A DNA stretch of 64,000 nt from Scyliorhinus canicula. Its lineage: Eukaryota. Location of the stretch: the NCBI RefSeq assembly GCF_902713615.1, contig NC_052150.1, positions 9,014,000-9,077,999 of the forward strand, read 5' to 3'. Below the pieces are notes generated by a model. It was given only the letters and a program-made list of their open reading frames with translations, was not told the DNA's origin and searched no databases. The translations under genes and the position numbers were made by a program. The first letter of the stretch is position 1; each line of letters begins with the position of its first letter. Below, in pieces: positions 25,194 to 38,269 of this stretch.

Positions 25194-25649
25194 GATTATA
25201 ATGACTATAATGATTATAATGACTTACCTTCGATTCTATTGGGAATCTCCAAACCAGTCAGTCAGAATGGTTATCGTACTAAATCCCAATGATTTCTCGT
25301 TGCTAGCTGATTTTCCCAGGGTTTTTTTTTAATTGAATGCTCTCTAACTTCTGAATTCTGACTTGCTCCATTTTCCTTTTTTTCAAATTTTTTTATTCTT
25401 TTCCTTTTTCACATTTTCTCCCAAATTTATACCCACCAACAATAAGCAGTAACGAATATAATGTCAATCCCCATGTCAACAACAACAATCCCATCCTCCC
25501 ACCAAACCCCAAACAGCATCCTGCATGTTAACATAAACAAATAACAAAAAGGAATCAGGAATCACCCATAGTCACCATTAACACATACAGTCAAAATCCT
25601 GTAACTCGCTCCCTAACAGCACCATGGTTGTACCTATACCTCAGGGACT

Positions 25650-26365
25650 GCAGTGTCCTTGTGGAGTTAGAGTCCCGTCTTCACATTGAGGATACCCTCC
25701 TTCATGTTGTGTGGCACTACCACCGTGCTAAATGGGATAGACTTCAAACAGATCTAGCAACTCAAGACTGGGCATCCATGAGGCGCTGTGGGCCATCAGC
25801 AGGATTGTATTCAACCACACCCTGCAACCTCATGACCTGGCATATCCCCCACATTACCATTACCACCAAGCCAGGGGATGAAGCCTGGTGCAATAACGAG
25901 TGCAGGAGAGCATGCCAGGAGCAACACCAAACATACCTTAAAATGAGGTGTCGACCTGGTGAAGCTACAACATAGGACTGCTTGTGAGCCGAACAGCATA
26001 TGCAGCAAGTAATAGAGCCAAACGATTCCACAAAAAATACATCAGATTTAAGCTCTACAGTCCTGCCACATCCAGCTGTGAATGGCGGTGGACAATTTAA
26101 CAACTCACTGGAGGAGGAGGCTCCACAAATGTCCCCGTCCTCAATGATGGAGGAGCCCAGTACATCTGAGCAATAGAAAAGGCTGAGGCATTCGCAACAA
26201 TTTTCAGTCAGAAGTGCCGAGTGGATGATCCAACTCGGTCTCCTCCGGAGGTCCCACAGCATCACAGATGTCAGCCTTCAGCCAATACGGTTCACTCCAC
26301 GCCATATCAAGAAATGGATGATGGCACTGGATACTGCCAAAGCCATGGGCCCTGACAATATTCCC
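25650..26365 (+). mobile_element. CR1-group LINE family A, mid-ORF2 fragment
   Basis: VWHYHRAKWDRLQTDLA...KPGDEAWCNNECRRAC; IKKWMMALDTAKAMGPDNIP. Confidence 0.9.
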
Positions 26366-27990
26366 TTGCCTTGTTGTCCTGGCAAAGTGCATCACCTCAC
26401 ACTTATCTGGATTGAATTCCATTTGCCTCTGACCAGCTCATCAATATCCTCCTGTAATCAAAGATTATCCTCTTCACTATTTACCACTCCACCAATGTTC
26501 CTATCATCTGCAAACTTACTGATGAACCCTCCTACATTCATAGCTAAATCATTTATATAAACCACAAACAGCAAGGGCCCCAACACTGATCCCTGCTGGA
26601 TCCCACTGGACACAGGTTTCCAGTCAAAAAAACACCCCTCGACCATCACCCTCTGCTTCCTACCACTCAGCCAATTCTGGATCCAATTTGTCAAATTTCC
26701 TTGGTGTGTGCTGTGTAAAAATAATGTTTTCATATGTCGCCTCTGGTTCTTTTGCTAATCACCTTAAATCTGTGCGCTCTGGTGATACTGACAGTCCTGC
26801 TGCTGGAACGGTTCCCCTTTATTTACTCCATTCCTAGCTCTGCACACTTCTATTAAACCTCCTCTGAGCCATTGTGAAGGACTCTTCCAAAAGGAAAAAA
26901 ATATTTTCCAGGAAGGTAGAGATGGGACATAGGAATTAGGAGCAGAAGTAGGCAATTCAGCCCTTTAGCCTCCTCCACCATTCAATCAGATCATGGCTGA
27001 TCTCTTTGTGGTCTCAAAGCCACCTCCCTACCTTTTTCCCACATCTCTTTAACCCATTTTAAAAATCTATATCTATATTTTTATATCTATTTCCCTCTTG
27101 AACCATTTAATGGCTCAGATTCCATCGAACTATCGGGCAGCGAGATCTACAAATTCACTATCCTCTGCGAAAAGTAGTTCCTCCTCATCTCAGTTTTAAA
27201 TATACTGCTTCTCAGCCTATATCTGTGACCTTTCATTCTAGATTGGCCCACAAGGAGGAATGTTTGGTCTACCTTTACTTTATCAATCCCTTTTAGTATT
27301 TTGTATACCTCGATCAGATCCCCTCTCATCCTTCTGAACTCCAGCGAGTATAAGCCCAAATTGTATAATCTCTCCTCATACATCAACCCCTTCATTCCCG
27401 GAATCAATATGGTGAAACTCCTCTGAACTGCTTCCAATTCCACCACATCCTTCCTCAAATAAGGGGAACAAAACTTTCTTATTACATATTGTACCTACAA
27501 ACAGACTTTCTGCGATTCATGAACAAAGCCACCCAAATGCCTGTGCCCAGATGCATTTTGCATCTGCTTTCCATTTAGATTATAATATGCCTGACTATTT
27601 TTTTCGGCCAAAACGGATAAGCTCACACTTATCCACATTAAACTCCATCAGCCAAATTTTGGCCTATCTATATCCGCCTGTAAAGTCTGTGCCTCCTTGT
27701 CACTGCTTGCTTTACACCTATTTTAATATTATCGGCAAATTTTGCTATGTTACATTCTGTCCCTTGATCTGCTTGCAGATCATTTATATTGATTGTAAAT
27801 AGTTGAGGTCAGGGACTGAACCCTGCCAGTTACAGTTTGCCAGCCAGAGAAGGGCCCATTTAACCGCACACTCTGCTTTCTGTCAGGCGGCCAATCCTCA
27901 ATGCAATCTAGTCTTGAACCTCCAAACCCCTGCAATCTCACCTTCTGGAAGTATTTTATGCGGCACCTTGTCAAAGACCTTCTGGAAGGT
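26365..27990 (-). mobile_element. Cluster of CR1 LINE fragments
   Basis: WIQNWLSGRKQRV...GIQQGSVLGPLLFVVYINDL...ISKFADD; LEAVQRSFT...LEFRRMRGDLIEVYKILKG. Confidence 0.92.
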
Positions 27991-28194
27991 GACACCTTCT
28001 TGGGGATACACATCCCCAAAGTGCCTGGACAAGTGATTGGGGCTAAAGTGGACACAACGTGACTCACTCAGTAGAGTTACTTCAGAGTTAGGTCTAGCAA
28101 GGACGGGTTTGATGATTTAAAAGGTTGTGAATGGGGGAACTAACCTGGCTGACTGTGGCTGTCAATGATCCATGGAGACCCACTGACCCTCCAG

Positions 28195-28385
28195 GATACA
28201 GCGCCGCGCCTGCGCAGTCCGTGCAACCTTTCACCCTCGACGTCGACACAGCCGATTGGCGCAAGAGGCTGTCCGTCAGCTGACGTCGCCAGGCCTGTTG
28301 TCCAATGGGCTGCCGGGAGGGGCGGGGTTTGTGCCGGAAGCTGTCGCCGGACTGCCAGCAGGAAGACGAGAGGCAAGATGGCGGC
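28195..28385. promoter_or_regulatory. Bidirectional CpG-island promoter shared by PIGN and RELCH
   Basis: NRF1-like GCGCCTGCGCA 28206-28216; ATTGG 28255-28259; CRE-like TGACGTCG 28281-28288; CCAAT 28302-28306; GC box GGGCGGGG 28320-28327; ETS CCGGAAG 28334-28340; YY1 AAGATGGCGGC 28375-28385; no TATA box. CpG-rich to about 28900. Confidence 0.85.
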
Positions 28386-28765
28386 GTCTAGTGTCAACCC
28401 CTTCCTCAGCGACTCGGACGAGGAGTCCGAGCGGAGATCGCGGAAGAGCAGGGAGGCTGGCGCCCCGGGCCCCGCCGCGCACGTCGCCCCGCTGCCCCTG
28501 TCGCCTCAGCAGCCGGAGGCGGGTTACGGCGGGGCCTCGGCCGGCTTGCCGCCGGGGGCGGAGGCGCCCCGCGTTCCCCTGGATACCATCGCGGCCCAGC
28601 TGCTGCGCGACCAATACGTGCTCACCGCCCTGGAGTTCCACACCGAGCTGCAGGAGGCCGGCCGGGAGCTGCCCCGGCTCCGCGATTACTTCTCCAACCC
28701 CGGCAACTTTGAGCGGCACACGTCCACTCCCCCCAAGGACCTGGCTCCGGCCCCCGGGCAACTCA
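28378..28765 (+). CDS. RELCH: RELCH exon 1 (388 coding bp): MAASSVNPFLSDSDEE...IAAQLLRDQYVLTALEFHTELQEAGRELPRLRDYFSNPGNFER...GQL
   Basis: VNPFLSDSDE and LLRDQY.LTALE.HTEL.E.GRELPRLRDYFSNPGNFER match RELCH/KIAA1468; good Kozak context aagATGg; donor A|gtgagt. Confidence 0.97.
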
Positions 28766-29699
28766 GTGAGTGGCGGTGGCCTGCACGGGGCTGGGTGGGA
28801 CAGGGAGGGGAACTCCTCGGCCAAAGCGGGGTGCCGTTAATGCCGAGGCAGGAAAGAGAATGTGTGCGGCGGGGGGTGGGAAGGGAAGAGAGAGGGTTGA
28901 CAGCCAAGGTGGATTCGCGTTGTCAGGAGTGGAGTCACAGAGCAGTTTGCTTTTGAAGGGCCGGGAGATAAACCTCTTAAAGGGGTTAGGATGAAAGTCG
29001 CGGGGCCAAGAGCACCCACGAGATTGGGGGTGGGCTGGGGGGGGAGAACAAGAAAAATGGGTAGATACACCTGAGAAGGTCAGACTGGAGGAAGGTGGGG
29101 AACTGCAGACAATAACATACGAGTGCAGTTATGTAGCTTTTGTTACGTAATATGATTAGAATTCTCATCTATGGTATCACCTTTTCGTATTGGGTAACTA
29201 GTCTTGGACATATGCATTGGCAGGTGCACAGTGTGATTTATATTTCACATGGTGTTTGAGTGTTATTTGGCTTTCTTATCAAGATTTCCTGTTTGCGACA
29301 ATCAGTGTGTCACACTTGCTTGTGTGAGTACTACCCAATGTGCTGAGTGATCATAAGGCAGGATTGGATGAAGGTGGCTGGTTTGCCCATTTGATTTTGT
29401 TCTTCAGGGCCAGCTGGTTTGCACTGCAGCATCTAACTCTTTCTTGCTCTTTCTTGTGTTAGGCGGTGTTTTAACAACTGTTGAAAAAAATCATTGATTT
29501 TGTATCTGCTTTATGTTCACATCGGCTATTTTTAAAAAAAGGTCCATTTGCACATTTTCTTATTTTTTATCTGCGTGGTGTTAATACCAGCTCTACCCTC
29601 CCAACTCCTCCCCTCTCAATTATTGGACTGCTTGTCTGACATACATAACTGGATGAGAAGAAAACTGCTTCCGTTAAATATTGCGAAGCAACATACAAA

Positions 29700-30760
29700 C
29701 AAAATAGAAGCAGGAGGAGTCCATTCAGCCCTTCAAGCCTGCTCTGCCATTTATGGCTGATCATCACATTCAATACCCAGATCCAGCCTCTCTTCTTCCC
29801 CCGCCTTATCCCTTGATTCCTTTAGCCCCAAGAACTATATCTAATTGCTTCCTGAAATTATATAATGTTTTGGCCTCAACTACTTTCTGTGGTCGTGAAT
29901 TTCACAGGTTCACCACTCTCTGGTGAAGAAATTTCTCCTCGCCTCGGTCCTAAAAGGTTTACTCCTTATCCTCAAACTATGACCCCTAGGGTGGCATGTT
30001 AGCAAAGTGGTTAGCACTGTTGCTTCACAGCTCCAGGGACTCTGGTTTGATTCCCAGCTTGGGTCACTGTCTGTGCGGAGTCTGTGTGGGTTTCCTCCCG
30101 AACCTCCGTTTTCCTCCCACAAAGTCCCGAAAATGTGCTTGTTAGGTGAATTGGACATTCTGAATTCTACCTCACTGTACCCGAACAGGCGTGGGAACTA
30201 GGGAATTTTCACAGTAACTTAATTGCAGTGTTAATGTAAGCCTACTTGTGTCACTAATAAATATCATTATTATTATAGTTGTGGACCCCCCCCCCCCCCC
30301 CCCACCACCATCGGGGACATTCAATCTACCTGTCTAATCCTGTTAGAATTGATCTCCTCTCATTCTTCTGAACTCCACTGATTGTAATAACCAATTTAAT
30401 CTCTCCTCATATGACAGTCCCGCCATCCCAGGAATCAGCCTGGTAAACTTTCGCTGCACTCCCTCCATAGCAAGAACATCCTTCCTCAGATAAGGACACC
30501 AAAACTGCACACAATACGCCAGGTGTGACATCACCAATGCCCTATACATTTGCAGTAAAACGTCCCTATCCCTATACTCAAATTCTCTCGCTATGAAGGC
30601 CAACGTACCATTTGCCTTCTATACTGTTTGCTGTACCTGCGCGCTTACTTTCAGCGACTGATGCACGAGGACACCAAGGTCTCGCTGAGTATCAACCTCT
30701 CAATTTACACCCATTTGAATAATTATCTACCACTTTATTTTTGCTCCCAAAGTAGATAAC
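29700..30760 (-). mobile_element. CR1 LINE 3' region with a nested V-SINE (29989-30275, plus), all inside an L2 fragment
   Basis: ORF 30343-30603 (LLQMYRALV..HLAYCVQFWCPYLRKDV..MEGVQRKFTRLIPGM). Confidence 0.9.
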
Positions 30761-31760
30761 CTTGACTGAAGTAATTATTTTCAGTGCCCAATCTAATTCA
30801 ATAGCCATGAATTCCTCCCTCTGTGACAACACTTTGAGACTTAACCAGACTGATGTCATATTTTACCATGAGATGAACTTCAAACTACATATCTGTGCCA
30901 TCACTAAGACTGCGAATTTCCACCTTTGTAATATTGTCTGTCCCTACCTCAGCTTATCATTGCTGAAACCTTCATCCATGTCCAGACTTGACGTTTCCAG
31001 CCAACGTCTGGCCACCTCCCACATTCTACCCTCCATAAACTCTGTCCATCTAACTCGTACCAAGTCCTATTCACCCATCACTCTCGTGCTGACTGACCTA
31101 CATTGCCTTCCAGTAAAGCGAGATCTTGCCTTTAACATTCTCACCCTTGTTTTCAGATCCCTCTGTGCCGCCCTTCTGTCTCTGTAATCTCCTCCAACCT
31201 CATGACATGTCATATGTCTGAGAGGCCCTTGCAAACGAACTCAGCTCCTTTGAATATTTTAGTATCAATCCCAGTTTAGCACACATCACAGTGGAAATGC
31301 GTCAGATCGGAATGTGATTCAGCTTTGACAAAGAATTATCCAGGCTCAATACATTAGCTCTGTGTTCTCTCCACAGATGCTGTCAGTGCTGCTGAGATTG
31401 TCCAGCATGTTCTGTTTTTGTTTCAGATCCTTCGATGCTGCACCCTCCCTATTTTTGTTATCTCCTCCAACCACATGACTCTCGAAGCTCTCCTCTAATT
31501 CTGACCTCTTGAGCATCCCCAATTTTAATAGCTCTACTTTTGGTAACCTAGCTTTCAGCTGCCTGGGCCTGAAGCTCAGGAATTCCTTTCCAAAACCTCT
31601 TCCTCTCTTCCTCAAAACCAACCTACCTCTTTAACCAAGCTTTTGGTCATCTGCCTTAATATCTCGATGATTCGATGTAAATTTAACTGTCTTGCACTCA
31701 TGTAAAGAGACTTTGAAGGTTTTATTACATTTAAAGTGCCGTATAAATACAGGTTATTGC
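30760..31760 (+). mobile_element. L2 LINE RT C-terminus and 3' tail (5' piece at about 29560-29690)
   Basis: HICAITKTANFHLCNI...SRLD...SPITLVLTDLHCLPVK..AFNIL.LVFRSL; tail AAAGTGCCGTATAAATACAGGTT. Confidence 0.85.
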
Positions 31761-32574
31761 TGCATCAGCCAAACATTACCTATCCTTGATTTCTTGTGTT
31801 GCTATTTGTAATAACATCCTGCGTTGTCAGAGTTGTTAGAACATATTGTGCATGTTGTTAGCGGATGGAAGTATGGGCTGTGAAAATTGCCTGGTTGATA
31901 TTACAATATTAATTTTATTACATGATTTCTCAGTTATCAATGCTTTTGCTTTTGGATGAGAGAGTGCATAAAGTTGGACCTGTATGTTTGCTTGAATAAT
32001 TATACGCCACTAAATTGCAAATCAATTTTGATTTTTTAAATCTCAATATTATTGGATTATAATTCAAATTTATGACGCTCTGGTAGGGTTGTTTGCTGTG
32101 CCAGTGCCCAGTGACAGCAACAGAGGGTTCTGGAAACTTTTGGCTGAGGTAAAGTAGCAAAGTGTCTGTTTCAGAGCCAGAATTTCTCTCCAGCTCAACG
32201 GTCCTAGTAGCATTGGATTGGACAGCAATTGAAAATTAGAAAAAGCATGTTTAATGACTCTTCCATATTTCATTCCAAGTATCTTGAAAGTTTTTAAAAG
32301 AGTTTAATTTCACTGATCTAATTCTGTGGGATTTTTTAAAGTAATTATCCAACCTGATGAGCTTCGACTGAACATTTCCTGAGTCTCATGATTATAAGCT
32401 AATTGCTTAAAATCTATCTACTCTAAATGACCCGTTTGTATTTAAACATGTTTCATGCTTCCTGTTCTGTCCAGTGTAACTACAGCTGTAAGAGCCACGA
32501 ATTATGTACCCGTAACACATGCTGAGTGCTATTTATAATAAACTTGTACGCACAATGACTTTAAGATTTCAGCC

Positions 32575-32985
32575 TTGACTTTGCAGTGACTTTTGAGTCA
32601 GGCAGTCCTGGGTTCAAGGCCCCTCATATAGGAAACTTGACTGCATCAGCCAGTTGACACTGTAGTCCAACACTGAGGGAATTGTATGGAGTAATGTCAT
32701 TCAGGTACAGTGTTAAATTAAGGTCCCCTCTGCCCCATCGGGGCAGATGTAAATGATCCCATGATGGCCTTTGATAAAGGGCAGTGGATTTTGCCTGTTA
32801 TCCTAGATAGTTTTTATCTTTCAACCAAGACTGCATAAAACATTGTCTGGTAGGATATGGTGTGCAAATCACCCCGCACATATGTCAGTATTATAAAATT
32901 GACTGCACTTTGATATGTAAGTGCCTATGAAGCAGTTTAGGGCAGTGTGAAAAACGATATGTGTACACAAGTCTTTCTTTGTTGC
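32575..32985 (+). mobile_element. Old SacSINE1/DeuSINE-like SINE
   Basis: B box GGGTTCAAG, Deu-like GTTAAATTAAGGTCCCCTCTG...GATGTAAATGATCCCATG, L2-like tail. Confidence 0.65.
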
Positions 32986-34254
32986 TTACACTAAGAGGCA
33001 AGGTTTGCATGATATTAAACAACATATTGAATGGTAACAATATAGGTCCTTTGCTTGGATTCCAAACAATTAAGCACAAAAAAATCCCCCAGAATATGGT
33101 TTGAAGCTGAAGAATGCATTTGCACAATAAAATGGTATCGTTGCAAAACAGTTTTTGTTTCACGCTAACACTGCAGCTGTGATGTAAATGCTGAATCTGT
33201 ACTATACTGGAATGAAACAGGAGAGAGTTCAAGCCTTCGCACCGGATTTATGCGTTGCATATATCATTGATGCAAGGCGGTTTGCACTTCACACTGACTC
33301 TTTAAATCTGTAGAGTGTGAATGCATCATAATTCCTTTGCAGCAAAAATAAAGTTTCAAATTGGCAGTTTGCAGCAAACATCGTCTTCTGTGGAGATATA
33401 AGCAGCTTTTTCTCATCGCCATGTTGCTACGTTTGCAATTATCAAATGTGTTTTAAAAGCAGTGTTATGGAAATAGGGAGAGAGTGAAAAATCAATGTTT
33501 GTGGAAAGCACATCCAAATATCTGTCGTCTTCCTGAAACAATTAAATAGCTGTTCCACATAGAGCTCTCTTTATTGGTTCAAGTCCGTAACATCCTCCAG
33601 CAGATATGCCTTCCCGAGAACTCGATTAGAAAAAGCCTTCTTGGCTAATGAGCTGATCTCAGCAATGATGTGATTGAGGATCAGCACTGTTGCCTAACCT
33701 GGCACTCAGACATAAGTCCAAGATTAAACTAACAGACACTAAAGTTGCTTGAGCAGGTGGTGTGCTTTAAAATTAATGAAAAATTGCTAGCCTATTTATA
33801 AAAGAATAAAATGTTTACCGAAGTTCAATAAAATGTATTGGAGCAATTAGATATTATTTTCCTCTGAAGACACCCAGTGTCTTTGAGAAATACTGTACAT
33901 TTTTCAGTCCCCTTCTGGATAACTATCAAGAAAGGAGGACCAAATCGAATCTTTAGATTTCAGCTTAAGATAAAGGCCATTCTGATATTCAAATGCATTG
34001 CATTATTATAAAGCCACATCTACCAACCTTAATCTACCAAATTAAATCTGTCTTTTTGTTGAGAAGTATTAACTATTTTTCCTATCACACCATTTCCCTT
34101 TGGAATTTTTCCTTTTGAACCTTTCTCTGAAGGCACTGGTGCATGTTTGGTTGTTATTCAGTCAACCATGGCAACACACCTGTGGCATGTTGTACAGTTA
34201 ATTAAATTGCACCCTGATTCTGAGCTTGAACAATTGGTGAGGGGAAGTGACAGA

Positions 34255-34710
34255 GGTCACGACAACAATATCTCCCTCAACGTCAGCAAAACTAAGGAGC
34301 TGGTCACTGACGTCAGGAAGCAAAGTAAATACACACCCCTGTCTCCATCAATGGTGCCACGGTGACGATGGTTGATAGCTTCAAATTCATCACCAATCTG
34401 TCCTGGTTCACCCACGTTGACGCTACCACCAAGAAAGCGCAGCAGCGCCTATACTTCCTCAGGAAACCAAGGAAATATGCATGTCCACATTGACTCTTAC
34501 TAATTTTTACATATGTACCATAGAAAGCAACCTATCAGGCTGCATCACAGCCTAGTATGATAACTGCTCGGCCCAAGACCATAAGGAACTACAGAGAGTC
34601 GTGAACACAGTCCAGTCCATCACACGGATCCGGCTCCTATCCATTGACTCTGCCTACACCTCCCACTGTCTTGGGAAAGCGGGCAGCATAATCAAACACC
34701 CCTCCCACTT
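34255..34710 (+). mobile_element. Rex1/Babar LINE RT C-terminal fragment
   Basis: NNISLNVSKTKEL..D.RKQ; KKAQQRLYFLRK; homologous to 36790-37420. Confidence 0.9.
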
Positions 34711-35228
34711 TACTTTAGTCCAGATAACTTTTTGAAAAAATTACTACATTTTTAAGAAATGATCAATTGTGGTTATATTTTAACAGATCCAAATGTTAGA
34801 AAAAAACACTCCTCAGATTTATATTACATTGAGATCTGTTCACACTAACCTTTTCCATAATATGTATTCACATTATTAACTGTGCGTAAAAGTTGCGATA
34901 ATGATCTTGCTCCATGTGAATGGCAACAAACCGGCAGCTATAGTCCTAGAACCGGGCCTGAATTATCTTGCACCATGTTTACAATAATGCCATCTTTTTG
35001 GTTGCATAAATGTGAAACCGAGGGGGTAGCTTTCACTTTATTTCGATAATATATGGGAATTAAAATTACTTTTATCCTAATGGGAAAGAGCTATTGCATT
35101 CAACAATCTCATATAAGTTCACTGGTAGAGCTTTCAGACGTGAGCAACAACCATGCCTCTGTTTCAAAACAAACCACTGTAAACCTTTTACAACATCAAA
35201 ACATTTAAGATTACAGTATGAGGGGACT

Positions 35229-35492
35229 ATCATAAAATCGGTACAGTGCAAAAGGAGGCCATTCGGCCCATCAAATTTGCACCGACCCTCCGAAAGAGCA
35301 CTCCAGCCCCCATGCATTGATCATGACTAATCCACCGTCCTGCAACATCTTTGGACTGAGAGGGGAAACTGGAGCATTCGGAGGAAACTCACTGAGACAC
35401 GGGAAAAAGTACGAACATCACAGAGTCACCCACGGTCAGAATTGAACTAGGGTCCCTGGCATCGTGAGGCAGTAGTGCTGACCACTGCCGCC
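35229..35492 (-). mobile_element. Degenerate HE1/V-SINE
   Basis: Antisense head, V-domain and CR1-type tail. Confidence 0.8.
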
Positions 35493-36544
35493 CTAACTTC
35501 TACCTTGTTTACATTGGCTTAATGGGGCAATATGTAGGGCTTCACTTTGGGGAGCATAGTTTCAGTGGAGTGATTTCCATTTAACTTAACAAAATCTCTA
35601 TTCTTTGCATGTACCTCGTGTAGTGTTGTTTCTATTTTCTTGCATAGGCAGACAGTGTTGCTTTGGCAACACCAATGTTGCTGGGAAACTAATGGAAGAT
35701 AGCTTGCAGTTGCTTTCAACTGCAGTGCCTGATGGATGTCACACCTGATTCTTGAATTATCGTGCTTACATAAAATAATTTAAATACCATTGAGTGGTGA
35801 CATGCAAGTTCACTGCAATGATTCTCTGCACTGTCCTTCTGATCAGAACCGTACCACCATGTGGAAGGTAGCACAGACATTATCTACTTCCTCCACACAT
35901 GGAGTCAATAATTGGCAAAGCAGTCTAATCCTGTGTACCTACTTGAGGTTAGCTAATGAGTGATATTGGCAAAGCTTGGGGAAGTAGATATCCATATTAT
36001 TGCTTTGGTCAGAATTGTTGAGTGTGGGTTTGAGGCAAGGCAACATAGAAAGGTGTTGATGAGAATTAATGTTGTAAAGGACAGTTTTAAAATGTCAGAT
36101 TCCCATGAGTATATTACTTCAGATCTTCTTTTACACCATTGCATATTTTTAGATGCAGCACTAATATTTAATGATTAGAAGCAATGTGCAACACAAACAA
36201 AACATAACTGAATGTCAATTCATCAAAATATTGTTCCCTCAGTGTATAATGTCACTTTGGTGCAAAGGTAGTTTTTAGGATCAGCCATAATTAGCATTTT
36301 TATGTTTTTCCTTTGGTCACCAAGTTTGAAGCATGTTGGCACCATGGAATGGGCTACAGGGTCTGGTGTAAAATAACCAGTTGCAGTGTTTTTCTTCCCA
36401 TTCCAGCAATGTGCCTCAGCCCCAGTCTCCCAAGAACACCCCTTACTGTACCTATAAGCAGTTATTAATTTCCTACACCAAACATTTTCAATCTTGTTTG
36501 ATTATCAACTAATGCTAAATTAAGGATAATTCTGTGCTATAGAC

Positions 36545-37420
36545 TCATTTGGATTTGTTTATTGCCACGTGCGCCGAGGTACAATGAAAATTATTTTTCT
36601 GCAAGCAGCTCAAACAGATCATTTAGTACATGAAAATAAAATAAAATTAAAGAAAATACATATTAGGACAACACAAGGTATACAATGTAACTACATAGAC
36701 ACAGGCATCGGGTGAAGCTTACAGGAGTATAGTATTAATCAGGTCAGTCCACGAGAGGGTCATTTAGGAGTCTGGTAACAGCGGGTAAGAAGTTAAGTCT
36801 CTTCGTGCGTGTTCTCAGACTTTTGTATCTCCTGCCCGATGGAAGAAGTTGGAAGAGTGAGTAAGCCGGGTGGGAGAGGGTCTTTGATTATGCTGCCCGC
36901 TTTCCCCAGGCAACGGGAGGTGTAGATGGAGTCAATGGATGGGAAGCAGGTTTGTGTAATGGTCTGGGCTGTATTCACGATTCTCTGAAGTTTCTTGCGG
37001 TCTTGGGCAGAGCAGTTGCCATTCCAGGCTGTGATGCAGCCCGATAGGATGCTTTCTATGGTGCATCTGTAAAAGTTGGTAAGGGTTAATGTGGACATGC
37101 TGAATTTCCTTAGTTTCTGTAGTAATCCACGGGAGGCAGGAGTTCCGTCACCACACCAATATTTATTTACAATAACAATATTACAGGAGCAGCTACAAAC
37201 AGTGCTGCTAGCAGTCCAGTCAACTTAAGACTGGCTCACAAAGCCTACACAGGTGCTTATATGGGCCCCCTCAATGAGCTATCATTGAGGGAGCTCATAC
37301 TCCAATTGGCCAACCAATAAAGCCAATTGGAGTTCATTACATTTTCTGAAGAAGTATAGGCGCTGTTGTACTTTCTTGATGGTAGCATCGACGTGGGTGG
37401 ACCAGGACAGATTTCTGGTT
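36545..37420 (-). mobile_element. Rex1/Babar LINE 3' end interrupted by a solo LTR
   Basis: ORF 36793-37098 (LTNFYRCTIESILSGCITAWNGNCSAQDRKKLQRIVNTAQTI...IIKDP); 3' terminus CACGTGGCAATAAACAAATCC. Confidence 0.92.
37118..37341 (-). mobile_element. Solo LTR (224 bp), probably Gypsy
   Basis: TGTA...TACA termini; near-TSD TTTC/TTTT; the LINE sequence rejoins when it is removed. The minus strand has CCAAT boxes, CATATAAG and AATAAA in LTR order. Confidence 0.85.
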
Positions 37421-37979
37421 TTGTGCACTCATTACCATTCTGAATTTGATTCAGACTTCTTTCACAAAGGACTCTTGGAGCCTTTCATCTCCCCTGTGTG
37501 GGTGGATTTGGACCTAGTTCTCAAAGCGTTTTTCCAGTATTAAACACACAATATGCTGTACCTTGCTCCACTGAAAGCTGCAGTAGTATTTTTTTGTGGA
37601 TGAGCTATCTCAAAGTAAATTTGCATTGAGGACGAAAAAACAATGCCACCAAACAGGAAGCAAAATGTAATGATGGTGGAAGGGCTAAAGAGTTAGTTGA
37701 AATGAAGGTGTTTAAAAGTATTGAGAGTGATGGGAAACTTGGTGGGTGCACCAAAGGACGGGAGTGTAGTGATGAATAAGAGGGCAGCATTTCCTGAGCT
37801 GTGGTGCCCAAAGCTGACTGCAGCAGTTCAAGTAGGGTCTGACCCAAGATCTATAAACTGCCACTGCTGTATAGCTTGAGGTGAAGGCCTTTCCGATTGT
37901 TTGCACAGGGACACTGGCGTGGAATATACGGCCACAGACTGGCTCTTCAGCCCAATTAGTCTGTGTTGGTATTTATGCC

Positions 37980-38269
37980 CACAGTGGTTAGCACTGTTGT
38001 TTCACAGCGCCAGGGTCCCAGGTTCGATTCCCGCTTGGGTCAGTGTGCGGAGCCTGCACGTTCTCCCCGTGTCTGCGTGGGTTTGCTCCAGGTGCTCCAG
38101 TTTCCCCCCACAAGTCTCAATAGACGCGCTTGTTAGGTGAATTGGACATTCTGAATTCTCCCTCCGTGTACACAAACAGGCGCCGGAGTGTGGCGACTAG
38201 GGATTTTTACAGTAACTTCATTGCAGTGTTAATGGAAGCCTACTTGTGATAATAATAAAGATTATTATT
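37980..38269 (+). mobile_element. V-SINE with the alternative tail
   Basis: As 19445-19745. Confidence 0.9.

Noticed and set aside
28165-28377. In-frame upstream ATG giving RELCH a 71-aa N-terminal extension
   Set aside because: It lies upstream of the promoter motifs and has no recognisable homology; ATG 28378 has strong context and matches orthologues.
28256-28840. Overlapping 194-aa (+) and 182-aa (-) ORFs
   Set aside because: Expected stop-codon scarcity in a GC-rich exon.
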